Below, piece by piece: positions 49,034-58,800 of a DNA stretch of 64,000 bases (within the stretch, counting starts at the first letter, position 1; every line of letters starts with the position of its first letter). Source of the DNA: Verrucomicrobiota bacterium (GTDB lineage Bacteria; Auribacterota; JABMQX01; JAFGEW01); assembly GCA_016931415.1 (NCBI GenBank), contig JAFGEW010000061.1, forward strand, positions 20,110 to 84,109. Direction: 5' to 3'. The position numbers were made by a program, and so were the translations under genes. The notes under the pieces are model-generated. The model was given only the letters and a program-made list of their open reading frames with translations. It did not search any database and was not told where the DNA came from.

Positions 49034-50221
49034 ATGGCCGTTGACTTGAGCGGACAGATCTACCGGGCGCTCCAGGGAGCGCTCGACAAGGCGCGGCGTG
49101 CGAACGTCGAAGGGCGCACGGCCGAGGCCCGCGCGACGTACCGCGAGTGCGCGCGCCTGATGCAGGACTACGCCAAGTACGCGCCGACGCTTGCTGAGAA
49201 AGTCCGCCGCCTCAACACGGCAAAGGAGTACCTCGCCCAGGCCGAGGGCAAGACCGAGCGCGCCGAGCCGGCGCCTGCCGTGCCACCTGCTTCCGCGCCG
49301 GCCGCCAAACCGTCGTCCGCCGCGGCCGAACGCCCGCGCGACGCCTATTCCGACGCGATCGAGGCACTCGTCTACCGCGCGCGCGTCACCTGGGCCGACA
49401 TCGGCGGCCTCGACGAGACCAAGCGCGAGATCCGCAGTGCCTTCGCCCTCGGCGTGGTCAAAACGCCCGCCGGCCTCAACATCGAGGGCTGGCGCAATAT
49501 CCTTCTCTACGGCCCGCCCGGCACGGGCAAAACGCTGCTTGCCGCCGCCGCGTCGAACGAAATTGCCGCGACGTTCCTCAACGTGCGCGCCGGCGATGTG
49601 CTCTCGAAGTACTTCGGCGAATCGACCCGGCTCGTTTCGGCCCTCTTCGCCTATGCCGCCGCCCACGAACCGTGCGTCGTATTCCTCGATGAGTTCGACG
49701 CGCTCGGCATCCCGCGCGACCAGAGCGACAGCGGCGCCGAGCGCCGCATGCTCTCGGCCATCCTCACCGAGCTCGACGGGCTGAGCGGCAAGGGCGCGCG
49801 CCATGCCGTGCTCACCATCGCCGCCACGAACGCGCCCTGGGCGCTCGACGCCGCCGCGCTGAGCCGATTCGACAAGCGCATCTACGTTCCCCTGCCCGAC
49901 CGCGCCGCGCGCGCCGCCGTGCTGCGCATCCATCTCGACGCGAAAGGCTATCGCCTCGACGGCGACTACGGTGCGCTCGCCGCTGCCACGGACGGCACCA
50001 GCGGCCGCGAGCTGGCCCGCCTGTGCAAAGAGGTCGCCAACCGCATGATCCACGAGGCGAACCCCGACCTCATCGACCGCAACGTCGAGGCGCTCAAGGC
50101 CTATACGCTGCACACGCGGCCTTTGACGATGGCCGACTTCGAGCCGGTGCTCGCGAGTCTCAAGGCCGAGACGCCGCCGGCCGCCGTGCGCCGATACGAA
50201 GCCTTTGCCTCAACGACCTGA
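49034..50221 (+). CDS. Vps4-like MIT-domain AAA+ ATPase, copy 2
   Basis: The MIT-like N-domain is QIYRALQGALDKARRANVEGRTAEARATYRECARLMQDYAKY...RRLNTAKEYLAQAE (compare Vps4 A..KA...D..G.YEEAL.LY......F.....Y......K.....EYL.RAE). A Pro/Ala-rich linker follows. Walker A is LLYGPPGTGKT, the pore loop is SKYFGESTR and Walker B is VVFLDEFD. The SRH AATNAPWALDAAALSRFDKRIYVPLPD is very close to Vps4 GATNIPW.LD.A.RRRFEKRIYIPLPE. The C-terminal helix is VRRYEAFA. Confidence 0.85.
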   Translation: MAVDLSGQIYRALQGALDKARRANVEGRTAEARATYRECARLMQDYAKYAPTLAEKVRRLNTAKEYLAQAEGKTERAEPAPAVPPASAPAAKPSSAAAERPRDAYSDAIEALVYRARVTWADIGGLDETKREIRSAFALGVVKTPAGLNIEGWRNILLYGPPGTGKTLLAAAASNEIAATFLNVRAGDVLSKYFGESTRLVSALFAYAAAHEPCVVFLDEFDALGIPRDQSDSGAERRMLSAILTELDGLSGKGARHAVLTIAATNAPWALDAAALSRFDKRIYVPLPDRAARAAVLRIHLDAKGYRLDGDYGALAAATDGTSGRELARLCKEVANRMIHEANPDLIDRNVEALKAYTLHTRPLTMADFEPVLASLKAETPPAAVRRYEAFASTT

Positions 50222-50260
50222 TCGGCTATACTACGCGCAACCGAATGCGGGAGAACAGCC

Positions 50261-50890
50261 ATGGGCGTAACCGACCTGCTGAAAAGCCTCTTCGGCGGCA
50301 AAGCGAAGACCCTCGAATCGATCTCCAGCGACGAGCTGCGGCGCGAACGTATCCGCATCGAACAGGAGGAAGCGCGCCACATCAAGAAGCTCGATGAGCT
50401 GGAACGCGACAAGCAGTCGCTCTTCGAGAAGGGCACCGACGAACCGTCGCAGCGCCAGCAGATCATCGTCGCGCGCAAGATCAAGGAGCTCGACCAGCAG
50501 GGGCGCAACTACGACCAGACGCTCAAGCTGCTCTCGCGCCAGCTCCGCATCATCTCCGGCTTCCTCCACGTCAAGGAGAACAAGGCGCTGCTCGAGAAAA
50601 CCGCCGTCTCCAGCCTCCTGGCCAAGATGGACCTCGCCGACCTTCAGCGCTTCGTCGAGGCCGCCACGGTCGAGGGCCAGTTCCAGATGGACAAGTTCGA
50701 GCATATCCTCACCACGCTCGAAGACTACGACCTCGACTCGACGGCTGCCTCCGAGGATACCGACACCATCGCCATCGTCGAGGCGATGAACCGCGCCCGT
50801 AGCGCCAAGAACGTCAACCCCGAGGCCGCCATCAGGGAAGGCGTCGCCGAGATCGACCGGATCCTGCGCAAGGACCAGGAGCCGGCTTGA
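50261..50890 (+). CDS. ESCRT-III (Snf7/CHMP4-like) coiled-coil protein, copy 2
   Basis: GGGAGA SD. The N-terminus MGVTDLLKSLFGGKAKT resembles the Snf7/CHMP4 N-terminus (M..FGKLFGGGGK). A long basic helical hairpin (RRERIRIEQEEARHIKKLDELERDKQSLFEKG...QQIIVARKIKELDQQGRNYDQTLKLLSRQLRII) is followed by an acidic region and a C-terminal amphipathic helix, GVAEIDRILRK. Confidence 0.7.
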   Translation: MGVTDLLKSLFGGKAKTLESISSDELRRERIRIEQEEARHIKKLDELERDKQSLFEKGTDEPSQRQQIIVARKIKELDQQGRNYDQTLKLLSRQLRIISGFLHVKENKALLEKTAVSSLLAKMDLADLQRFVEAATVEGQFQMDKFEHILTTLEDYDLDSTAASEDTDTIAIVEAMNRARSAKNVNPEAAIREGVAEIDRILRKDQEPA

Positions 50891-50986
50891 GCCGCGTCTC
50901 GGGCCGAAACGTCCACCGCGCCTTGTCCCGCTGTCCCGCGTGCCTCATCCTGTTCAACGCGCTCGCGTTCTGGTATAGGAGGCGCC

Positions 50987-52381
50987 ATGAGCAAGCTTGC
51001 ACGATACCTCGATCCTGACGCCGCCGCCGCCGAGTTCGCCGCTGTCATCGAACAGGTTGGCGCACACGAAGTCGCCGTCGTCCGCAACCTCGACTACGTC
51101 TACTCGCCCGTCGAGCTTTACCCGCTCGCGCCGCGCATCCTGCCGCCGCTCGATCGCGTCGTCGCCTATGCCGTGGACATGGACGGCACCTCGACCACAA
51201 CCGAGCCGCTGGCGCTGCACGCGCTCGAGTATATGGTCCGCAGGTACACCGGCTGGATGAGTCCCCACGCGTGGCCCGGCCTCGACGACGAGAAGGACCT
51301 CCCGCACGTGATCGGCAACTCGAACTTCCGCCATACCGAGTTCCTCCTCGGCCGCTACCCGCACGACGAGGCCGCCCTGCGCCAGGGCTTCATCGAGGCG
51401 CTCGCCTGGACGCTGGCGAACATGGACGACGCTCAGCGCGTGCGCGACGTCCGGCTCGACGCCGCCAACTGCGGTCTCGCCGGTCTGCTCAAGGACGCCG
51501 CCTTCATCGAGACGACGTCGAAGCCGATCGCCTACGACACGAGCGCTGCCGCCGTGGAGCCGTTTGTCGCCCGGTACGGCGCGGCCTTTTGCACACCCAC
51601 GCCCAGCGCGCTCGTGAGTGCCGCGCTCGACATCTATTACACGCGTTATCACCACATCCTCGGTCAGATGCGGCAAGGCCGCGGCGACGAGCTGGCCCGG
51701 AAGCTCGTCCATGGCTCCGCCCATCTTGTCGCGCCCATGCCGGGCTACGCGATCTTCGTCGCCCTCATCAAGGGCTGGCTTGGCCAGGATGCGAGCCTGC
51801 TTTTCGAACCGTTGCGCGACCTCCTGCTCAAGGACGAGCGCGCCGCCTTCACTCCAGAGGACATCGATGCCCTCCGGCCGCGACTCGCCAGGCTCGGCCG
51901 CCACTTCGAGCAACACCCCGCGAAGATCGCGCTTGTCACGGCCTCGATCGCCTACGAGACGCACGCGGTGATGCACGAAGTCATCCGTCTTGCCCGCGAG
52001 GAGGCACACTCCTGGCCGCTGCCGGACGCGCGCAAGGCCCTCCTCGACGAGAGGCTCGCCGACTACCACGCCGTGTTCGACGGCTTCGTCTGCGCCTCCG
52101 ACGCCCACGAGGCGCGGCTCAAACCGCACCGCGATCTCTATGGCATCGCGCTCTACCAGATGGCTGTCGCGAAGGCCGACTACCCGTACTGCGTGGGCAT
52201 CGAGGATACCGAACCGGGCATCATCTCGCTGCGCGCCGCCGGCATCGGCTGCGCCGTCGCCCTCCCCAACCGCGACACGCATCGTCAGGACTACGCGATG
52301 GCGAGCCGCATCGTGCACGGGGGCCTGCCGGAAGTGATCCTCGTCCACAACGCATTTCTCGACGACAAGGCGCCCAGCTAG
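50987..52381 (+). CDS. HAD-superfamily hydrolase/phosphomutase-like protein with large cap insertion
   Basis: Strong AGGAGG SD. HAD motif I is AVDMDGTSTTTE, motif II is IALVTAS, the motif III Lys is in RLKPHRDLY, and motif IV is GIEDTEPGIISLRAAG. At 464 aa it is about twice the length of beta-phosphoglucomutase. Confidence 0.75.
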   Translation: MSKLARYLDPDAAAAEFAAVIEQVGAHEVAVVRNLDYVYSPVELYPLAPRILPPLDRVVAYAVDMDGTSTTTEPLALHALEYMVRRYTGWMSPHAWPGLDDEKDLPHVIGNSNFRHTEFLLGRYPHDEAALRQGFIEALAWTLANMDDAQRVRDVRLDAANCGLAGLLKDAAFIETTSKPIAYDTSAAAVEPFVARYGAAFCTPTPSALVSAALDIYYTRYHHILGQMRQGRGDELARKLVHGSAHLVAPMPGYAIFVALIKGWLGQDASLLFEPLRDLLLKDERAAFTPEDIDALRPRLARLGRHFEQHPAKIALVTASIAYETHAVMHEVIRLAREEAHSWPLPDARKALLDERLADYHAVFDGFVCASDAHEARLKPHRDLYGIALYQMAVAKADYPYCVGIEDTEPGIISLRAAGIGCAVALPNRDTHRQDYAMASRIVHGGLPEVILVHNAFLDDKAPS

Positions 52382-52390
52382 GAGATCCCC

Positions 52391-54733
52391 ATGGTCGCCC
52401 GACGCGTTTGTGCCATCGTCAAGAAGGAGCACGACGCCGAATCGCGCCGCGCGCACGCAAGCGTCTTCACCATCGCGAACGGCTACATGGCATTCAAAGG
52501 CGACCTCGCTGAAGAGCGAGGCCTGCTCGAGGAGCGCAACGGCCGCCATGCCGCCACGCTGATCAACGGCGTCTTCGACACGGCCGATATGATCGGCCAG
52601 ATCCCCGTCAGCAAACATGAGCGCCGCTACCTCGACGAGGACTACTTCGACGGCGCCGGCCCGAGCCCGTCCGTCGCCAACCTGCCCAACCCGCTTGCCG
52701 TGCGCGTCTTTGTCGGTGACGACGAGCTCGTCTTCGAGCGCGGCAGGATCACGCGCTTCTCGCGCACCTACGAGCTCGATCGCGGCCTCTACGGCTACGC
52801 CTACACCCACACCGACTGCCGCGGCCGCAAGACGCGCATCGCCATGCAGCGATTCTGCGACATGGCCAACGTCCACCGCGCTTTCATGCGCTACTCGGTC
52901 ACGCCGCTCAACTACAGCGGCACCGTCCGCATCATGAGCGGCATCGACGCCGCCGTCCGCTCAAACCTGACCGGCGACCGCCAGATCGACGTCGTCGGCG
53001 GATGGCCTGTGTCACGCGACAAGGCCTCGCTGCTCATGGAAGCTCGCACCGCGCACACGGGCATCCACGTCAAGCTCGCCGTCCGAAACGTCTTCGCGCG
53101 CAAGCCGTTTGCCTCGCCCCTGGTGCTCTCGTCGGCCGACTCGCTGTTCGCGCTGTACGAGTTCCGCGCACGGCCCAACAACGAGATCCGCCTCGACAAA
53201 ACCGTCATCGTCGCCTGCGAACGCGACACCGATCTCGCCGTCTATCGCGATGCGGCCGCCAGCCTGGGACACGCGCAGTCCGACCCCGTCGGCTTCGACG
53301 CCGTGCTCGACGCCAACGCCGGGTGGTGGCGCGACACGTGGAAGCGGCTCGACGTGACAATCCATGGCGACAAGAAAGCCCAGCTCGCGCTCCGCTTTTG
53401 CCTGTTCCACCTCATGTGCGCTGCCCCGCGTCACGCCGACGCGGCGAGCGTACCGTGCAAGCTGCTCACGGGCGAGCATTACCAGGGCACGACGTTCTAC
53501 GATACCGACCTTTACATTGAGCCGGTCTTTACGTTCACGTTTCCCGACGTGGCGCGCCGCATGCTCGCCTACCGCCACGCCGGCCTCGGCCCTGGCCGCG
53601 CGATCGCGACGGACCTTGGCTGCAAGGGCGCCAAGCTCGCGTGGCAATCGGGCCCGGACGGCATCGAGGCGCTCGGTAAGTGGTACGTCTTCACGCACAC
53701 AAACATCCACATCAACAGCGACGTCGCCTACAGCCTCATGCAGTATCTCGACGCTACCGGCGATTGGCGCTTCATGCGCGAGCGCGGCGCCGAACTGCTC
53801 GTGGAGACCGCGCGCTTCTACGCCTCGCGTGCCCGCCGCAACACCGACGGCTCGTACAGCTTCCTTGACGTCGCCGGCCCCGACGAGGGTCATTGCCACA
53901 GCACCGACAACGTCTACACGAACCTCTTGGCGCAGAAGAACCTCCGCGCCGCAATCCGCATGCTGGGCGCGCTCAGGCGCGACCATCGGGAGGACTACAC
54001 CCGCCTCGTCAATGCCCTTGCCATCGGGCAACGCGAGCCCGCCGAGTGGAGGCGCGTCGCCAACGGCCTCCGTATCCTCTATGACCCGGAGACGAAGCTC
54101 TATGAGCAGTACGACGGCTTTTACGAGCTTGAACCCGCGCCGGCCGACCTGCTCGAGGGCCGCACGCAGTGGTTCGCCACCGTCGCCCCGTACCAGGCGC
54201 TCAACCAGCCCGACGTCGTCATGGCCCACGTCCTGCTGCGGGACGAGATACCTGACGACGTCAAGCGCGCCAACTGGGCCTACTACCGCCACAAGAGCAT
54301 GAACTTCTCGTCGATGAGCTTCGGCATCAACTCGATCATGGCGGCGATTGTGGGCGAGATGGACGAGGCCTACCGCAGTTTCATGCGCTCCGCCGCCATG
54401 GACCTCGACCCCACGCTCACCGGGCGCGGCGACACCGGCGACGGCCTCCACGGCACGGCGATGGGCGCCGCGTGGATGGCGGCCGTCTTTGGTTTCGGCG
54501 GCATCACGCTCTCGAACGGCAGGTTGCTCGTCGAGCCGCGGCTGCCGAAGCACTGGAAGTCGCTCGCCTTCACGCTCCAGATCCAAGGCGAGAGCTTCCG
54601 TTTCACGATCACGCCGAAGCGCGTCCTCATCAAGGCGGGCAAGCGCCGGTCGGTCACACTGCCGGCTCGGATCATGGGCAGAAACACCGTGTTGCGAAGC
54701 GGCTGCGCTTTCTCGTTGGAATCTGCCAGGTGA
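52391..54733 (+). CDS. Glycoside hydrolase family 65 protein (disaccharide phosphorylase-type)
   Basis: 780 aa. The N-terminal motif is SVFTIANGYMAFKGDL. The (alpha/alpha)6 catalytic-domain motifs are GEHYQGTTFYDTDLYI and HINSDVAYSLMQY. The start lies 9 nt after the HAD gene. Confidence 0.85.
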   Translation: MVARRVCAIVKKEHDAESRRAHASVFTIANGYMAFKGDLAEERGLLEERNGRHAATLINGVFDTADMIGQIPVSKHERRYLDEDYFDGAGPSPSVANLPNPLAVRVFVGDDELVFERGRITRFSRTYELDRGLYGYAYTHTDCRGRKTRIAMQRFCDMANVHRAFMRYSVTPLNYSGTVRIMSGIDAAVRSNLTGDRQIDVVGGWPVSRDKASLLMEARTAHTGIHVKLAVRNVFARKPFASPLVLSSADSLFALYEFRARPNNEIRLDKTVIVACERDTDLAVYRDAAASLGHAQSDPVGFDAVLDANAGWWRDTWKRLDVTIHGDKKAQLALRFCLFHLMCAAPRHADAASVPCKLLTGEHYQGTTFYDTDLYIEPVFTFTFPDVARRMLAYRHAGLGPGRAIATDLGCKGAKLAWQSGPDGIEALGKWYVFTHTNIHINSDVAYSLMQYLDATGDWRFMRERGAELLVETARFYASRARRNTDGSYSFLDVAGPDEGHCHSTDNVYTNLLAQKNLRAAIRMLGALRRDHREDYTRLVNALAIGQREPAEWRRVANGLRILYDPETKLYEQYDGFYELEPAPADLLEGRTQWFATVAPYQALNQPDVVMAHVLLRDEIPDDVKRANWAYYRHKSMNFSSMSFGINSIMAAIVGEMDEAYRSFMRSAAMDLDPTLTGRGDTGDGLHGTAMGAAWMAAVFGFGGITLSNGRLLVEPRLPKHWKSLAFTLQIQGESFRFTITPKRVLIKAGKRRSVTLPARIMGRNTVLRSGCAFSLESAR

Positions 54734-54866
54734 TGGGAACGGCCCGTCGGCCGGTGCGTCCATAGACGCAACAGACTGTGTCCATACGGCACCGCACGCC
54801 GTCCCAGGAGAACGCATTCGCTTGGCCCCGAACAGAAGAAAAATCACTTGAGACAGGAGAGGAAAG

Positions 54867-55763
54867 ATGGCGTTCCGGTCTGCTTTCGTCACACTCATCG
54901 CCTGCCTGATGATGGGCTCGGTGCCCGCGCGCGCAACGGCCGGAGAGGAGCCTGTCTGGAAGTACGACGTGATCGTCACCGACCCGGGGACGAGAAGCGA
55001 GGCCCGCACGGGCGTGCTCACCTACGGCGACGTGACCATTCTCCCCTACTTCACCGAGCTCGTTACCCCCATCGGATGTTTCGTCTACAGCGCGCGCATC
55101 TTCAGGTGGGGTGATGCCGGGTGGGTCGAGCAGGAGCACAACGCGCTCGATCCCGTGGATCTCGACGAGGCGATCACGGCCGAGGAGCTTGATCGCGGCT
55201 GGTACTCGTGCGAGGCCGGCACCAGCAAGCCCGGCACGCCCGAGCACTGGTTCTGGACCCCGACGTTCAACCTGCGTGTCGATCCGGCCAAGCTCGACGC
55301 CTTCGTCGCTGACCACTTCAGCAGAGCCCACTGGTCGTACGTACTCAAGCAGGGCTCCGCCGGCGCCGTTGTTGGCTCGCTGACTTACAGGGACACGCCC
55401 ATCCCGCATTCAGTGGAGAAGATCCTTACGCCCATCGGCGAGTTCTACGTTCCAGGCATGCAGGATGGTGCGGCCGGCAGGCCGGTGTGCTGGATGCTGT
55501 TCAGCAACAAGGTGCTCGACAAGGTCCCCGCCGGCAGCAATCCGATCAACGAGGCCACGATCGCCAGAGGGCTTTTTGACGAAAGTGTCGAGCTGCTCGA
55601 CGTGGCACTCCCGGAGCACTGGGTCTACCTCCCCGATAAGCGTTGGTGGATTGACCCCACCAAGATCGGCGAGCACTTCAAAGACCCGACCCCGATCCGT
55701 CCTGCTATCCAGGTCGACAGCAAGCTCATCTCCAAGGACGAAGAGCCCCCGCAAGACCGATAA
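54867..55763 (+). CDS. Secreted protein with internal duplication, unknown function
   Basis: AGGAGAGG SD, signal peptide MAFRSAFVTLIACLMMGSVPARA. Two related segments are GVLTYGDVTILPYFTELVTPIGCFVY and GSLTYRDTPIPHSVEKILTPIGEFYV. Confidence 0.7.
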   Translation: MAFRSAFVTLIACLMMGSVPARATAGEEPVWKYDVIVTDPGTRSEARTGVLTYGDVTILPYFTELVTPIGCFVYSARIFRWGDAGWVEQEHNALDPVDLDEAITAEELDRGWYSCEAGTSKPGTPEHWFWTPTFNLRVDPAKLDAFVADHFSRAHWSYVLKQGSAGAVVGSLTYRDTPIPHSVEKILTPIGEFYVPGMQDGAAGRPVCWMLFSNKVLDKVPAGSNPINEATIARGLFDESVELLDVALPEHWVYLPDKRWWIDPTKIGEHFKDPTPIRPAIQVDSKLISKDEEPPQDR

Positions 55764-55844
55764 AGCGCAGTACGTCGGCGCCGCGGCGACCCAAGAAACA
55801 ACGCGGACCGATAGCGTGCCGAGCATCGAGCGCGACGCCGCCCG

Positions 55845-58800
55845 CTACTCGTCCTGGTCCGCCTTCGCCTCGATCCCGGCGAGCACTTCCCTGATCGCTG
55901 AGTCGAGTTGCGCGTCCGTCCCGTTCAGGTCATCGAGCGGGGAGCGATCGACAAGCACGTCGGGCGGCACGCCGTAGTTCTCCAGGTTCTGCCCGTCCGG
56001 CGTCCAGAATCCCCAGACCGGCATCCGCACCGTTGAGCCGTCGATGAGCGTGAAAGCGCCTGTGCCGATCACACCTCCGTGCGTCGGCTCGCCCACCAGT
56101 TTGCCGTGGCCGAGGCGTCGAAATCCGTCGGGGAATATCTCGGCATCACTGAACGAGAACGCATTCATAAGCACAACCTTGGTGCCGTAGAACGCCTCCT
56201 CCGGCCGCGGCCGCTTCCGGCTGGCCCCGCGGTAGCGCGTGTGGTTGTAGGCGCGCCGGTTCAGGATATCGAGCAGCGGCTCGTCAATGAGCCCGCCGCC
56301 GTTATGCCGCACGTCGATAATAAGCCCTTCGCAATGGCGTACCCGCTGCAGGTCCTTCTTGAACTTCGCCAGCGAAGGCGTGTCCATCCTCCGGATATGC
56401 AGGTAGCCGACGCGCCCGTCCGACTGCGCCTCGACGGTGCGCTCATTCTGCCGCACCCACTCGTCGTACCAAAGCTGTCTCTGCTCGCCGAACCGGATAT
56501 GCGCAATGCGCACGTCGTGCGCTGTCGCGGGGTCGGCCTCGCGGCCCACCCGCAGCGTCACCTTGTCGTTGAGCGGGTTGATGAGCAACCGCTCATGGTC
56601 CTCGCCGGCGCGCACGTCGCTTCCCTCGATCGAGAACACGTAGTCGCCCACCTTCAGATCGAGCCAGCTCTTGTCGGCCGGACCGTCCGTGTAGATGTGC
56701 GACACGCGGTAGCGGCCGCTCGCGTCGTCGGGCTCGAGCCTGAGCCCAAGCCGGCGTGCATCCTCGTAGGTCCATGTCTGGTCGCTGCCGCCCTGCCAGG
56801 CACCGCAGTGCGAGGCGTTGAGCTCGCCGATCATCTCGATAATGAGGTCGAGCACCTCCTGCTTGGCGACGACCGAGCCGAGGAATGGCTCGTACCTGGC
56901 GCGCGCGCCGGCCCAGTCCACGCCGTGCATCGTCTCATCGTAGAACCCGTCGCGCAGTGCGCGCCACGCCTCGAGGTACATCTGCCGCATCTCGGCGCGC
57001 AGATCGACGGCGAACCGGAGCGAGAACTGGACCGTCTTCACCTCGCCGCCGTCGACCGGCACCTTCCTGACCTGTCCGCCATCGAGCACGTAGATCGTCT
57101 TGCCCTCCTCGGCAAGCTGCAGCTTCCAGAACTCGAGCCGCCCGATCTCCTTGAGATCCTCGTCGGACTCCTTCGCCCACTCGATCCGCGCCGTGTAGAC
57201 GATGCCCACCCGCTCGCGGCCGCGCGTCTCTTCGACGCCGAACACGACGCGCTTGCTGTCGCCCGTCACGTAAAGCGGGCTCCGAATGCCTTCGACCATG
57301 TGTGTGATCCGCCGCGTCCGCTGGTCAACGTTGTCGAAGTCGATCTCGACGCGCAACGGCTCGGCCTCCTCCTCTGCCCCGGCGGCCTCCTTCTCTTCCC
57401 CCTCGCCCTCCTCAACCTCCTGCTCGGCGTCCGGATCCTTCGGCTCATCGGGGTCGGCTTGCTCTCGCTGGAGCGCAAGTGCGTAGATCTCCGGCTCAAT
57501 GGTGTCACAGCCGTCGTCCTTGCCCGTCTCGCGCTTGGCGAGGAACAGCAGGTACTTGCCGTCGGGTGAGAAGACCGGATTCCACTCGCCGTACGTGTCG
57601 TTGTAGAGCTGGCGCTCCTCTTTCGTCTCGAGCGAGTAGACCCAGAGATGCTCCTCGCAGTCGTGATCGTTCTTCGCGTACGCGAGCCACCGCCCATCAG
57701 GCGACCACGCGCTGCGGCCGATCGACCGGTCCGGGGAATCCGTGATCCTGGCCGTCTCGCCTGATTCGAAGTCGTACAGGTACAACCCGTGTCCCGCTTG
57801 GTATGTGAGCGCTTTGCCATCGGGCCGGAATGCAGTCCGGTCGCTGAGCCACGTCCACAACTCCACGGCCAGGAGCGACTCGGGCGGGACGATCTCCGTC
57901 ACCGCCCCCGTCGCGAGGTCCTGCACGTAGATGTGCTCCTCGCCGCTTCGGTCCGAGATGAAAGCGAGCTTGGTCCCGTCGGGCGAGAATACCGGCACGT
58001 GGTCACGGCCGGGCTCGGCCGAGACGCGCACGCGGTCGCCTCCCTTTTCCGTCGGCACGGTGAACAGGGCGCCGCGGCACGACACGGCCAGGCGCTTCCC
58101 ATCCGGCCGCACGGCGAACTCGTCGCAGCGCGAGTCGTACGTCACCCACGTGGAAAGCTCGCGCTTGGGTTCGGCGGCCATCGTGACCGGCACTTGCCGG
58201 GCCGTGCCGTCCCGCGTCGAGACCGCCCAGATCGCGAAGTTGCACTGGTAAACGATCGTTCGGCCGTCGGGCGAGATCGCCGGGTAAACCACACCGGGCC
58301 CGTCGTGGTGTGTGACCTGCTGCGCGTCACCACGCCCGCGCCGCAGGCGGAACAGGTTCTTCGGGCCGTTGCGCTCGGAGACGAAGTAGATGTCGCCGTT
58401 CGGCGCGAACAGCGGCCACGAGTCCGGCCCGGCGAAGTCGGTGCGCTTCTCGAACGTCCCCGCCTCGAGGTCGGCCACCCACACGTCCGAATTGCCGCTG
58501 CCAAGATAGCCCTTGCGCCACGAATCCCCGATCTGCCGGCGGTTGAACGCAAACTGCTTCCCGTCGGCCGAGAACGTGCCGAATCCCGCCTCCCCGATGC
58601 GCAGCAGCTCGGCCTGCCCGCTTTCGACCGCAATCGTGTACAGCCACGATCCCCATGTCCCGTTCGGCTCGCCGCGGAACACGATCCGCTTCCCGTCGGG
58701 CGTCCAGGTCACCGGCTCCTGTGTCGTGCTGCTCCACGTGAGCTGCCGGGCCTCGCCGCCCGTCGCCGGCACAACGAACACGTTGGTCGGCCCCGTCCGG

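Noticed and set aside
47717-50113. A 798-aa ORF antisense to the WG-repeat and Vps4-like-2 genes. Also 50954..52876(-) and 53012..55021(-), antisense to the HAD and GH65 genes.
   Set aside because: The sense strand encodes proteins with unambiguous motifs (WG repeats, Walker A/B, HAD motifs, GH65). The antisense products are low-complexity.
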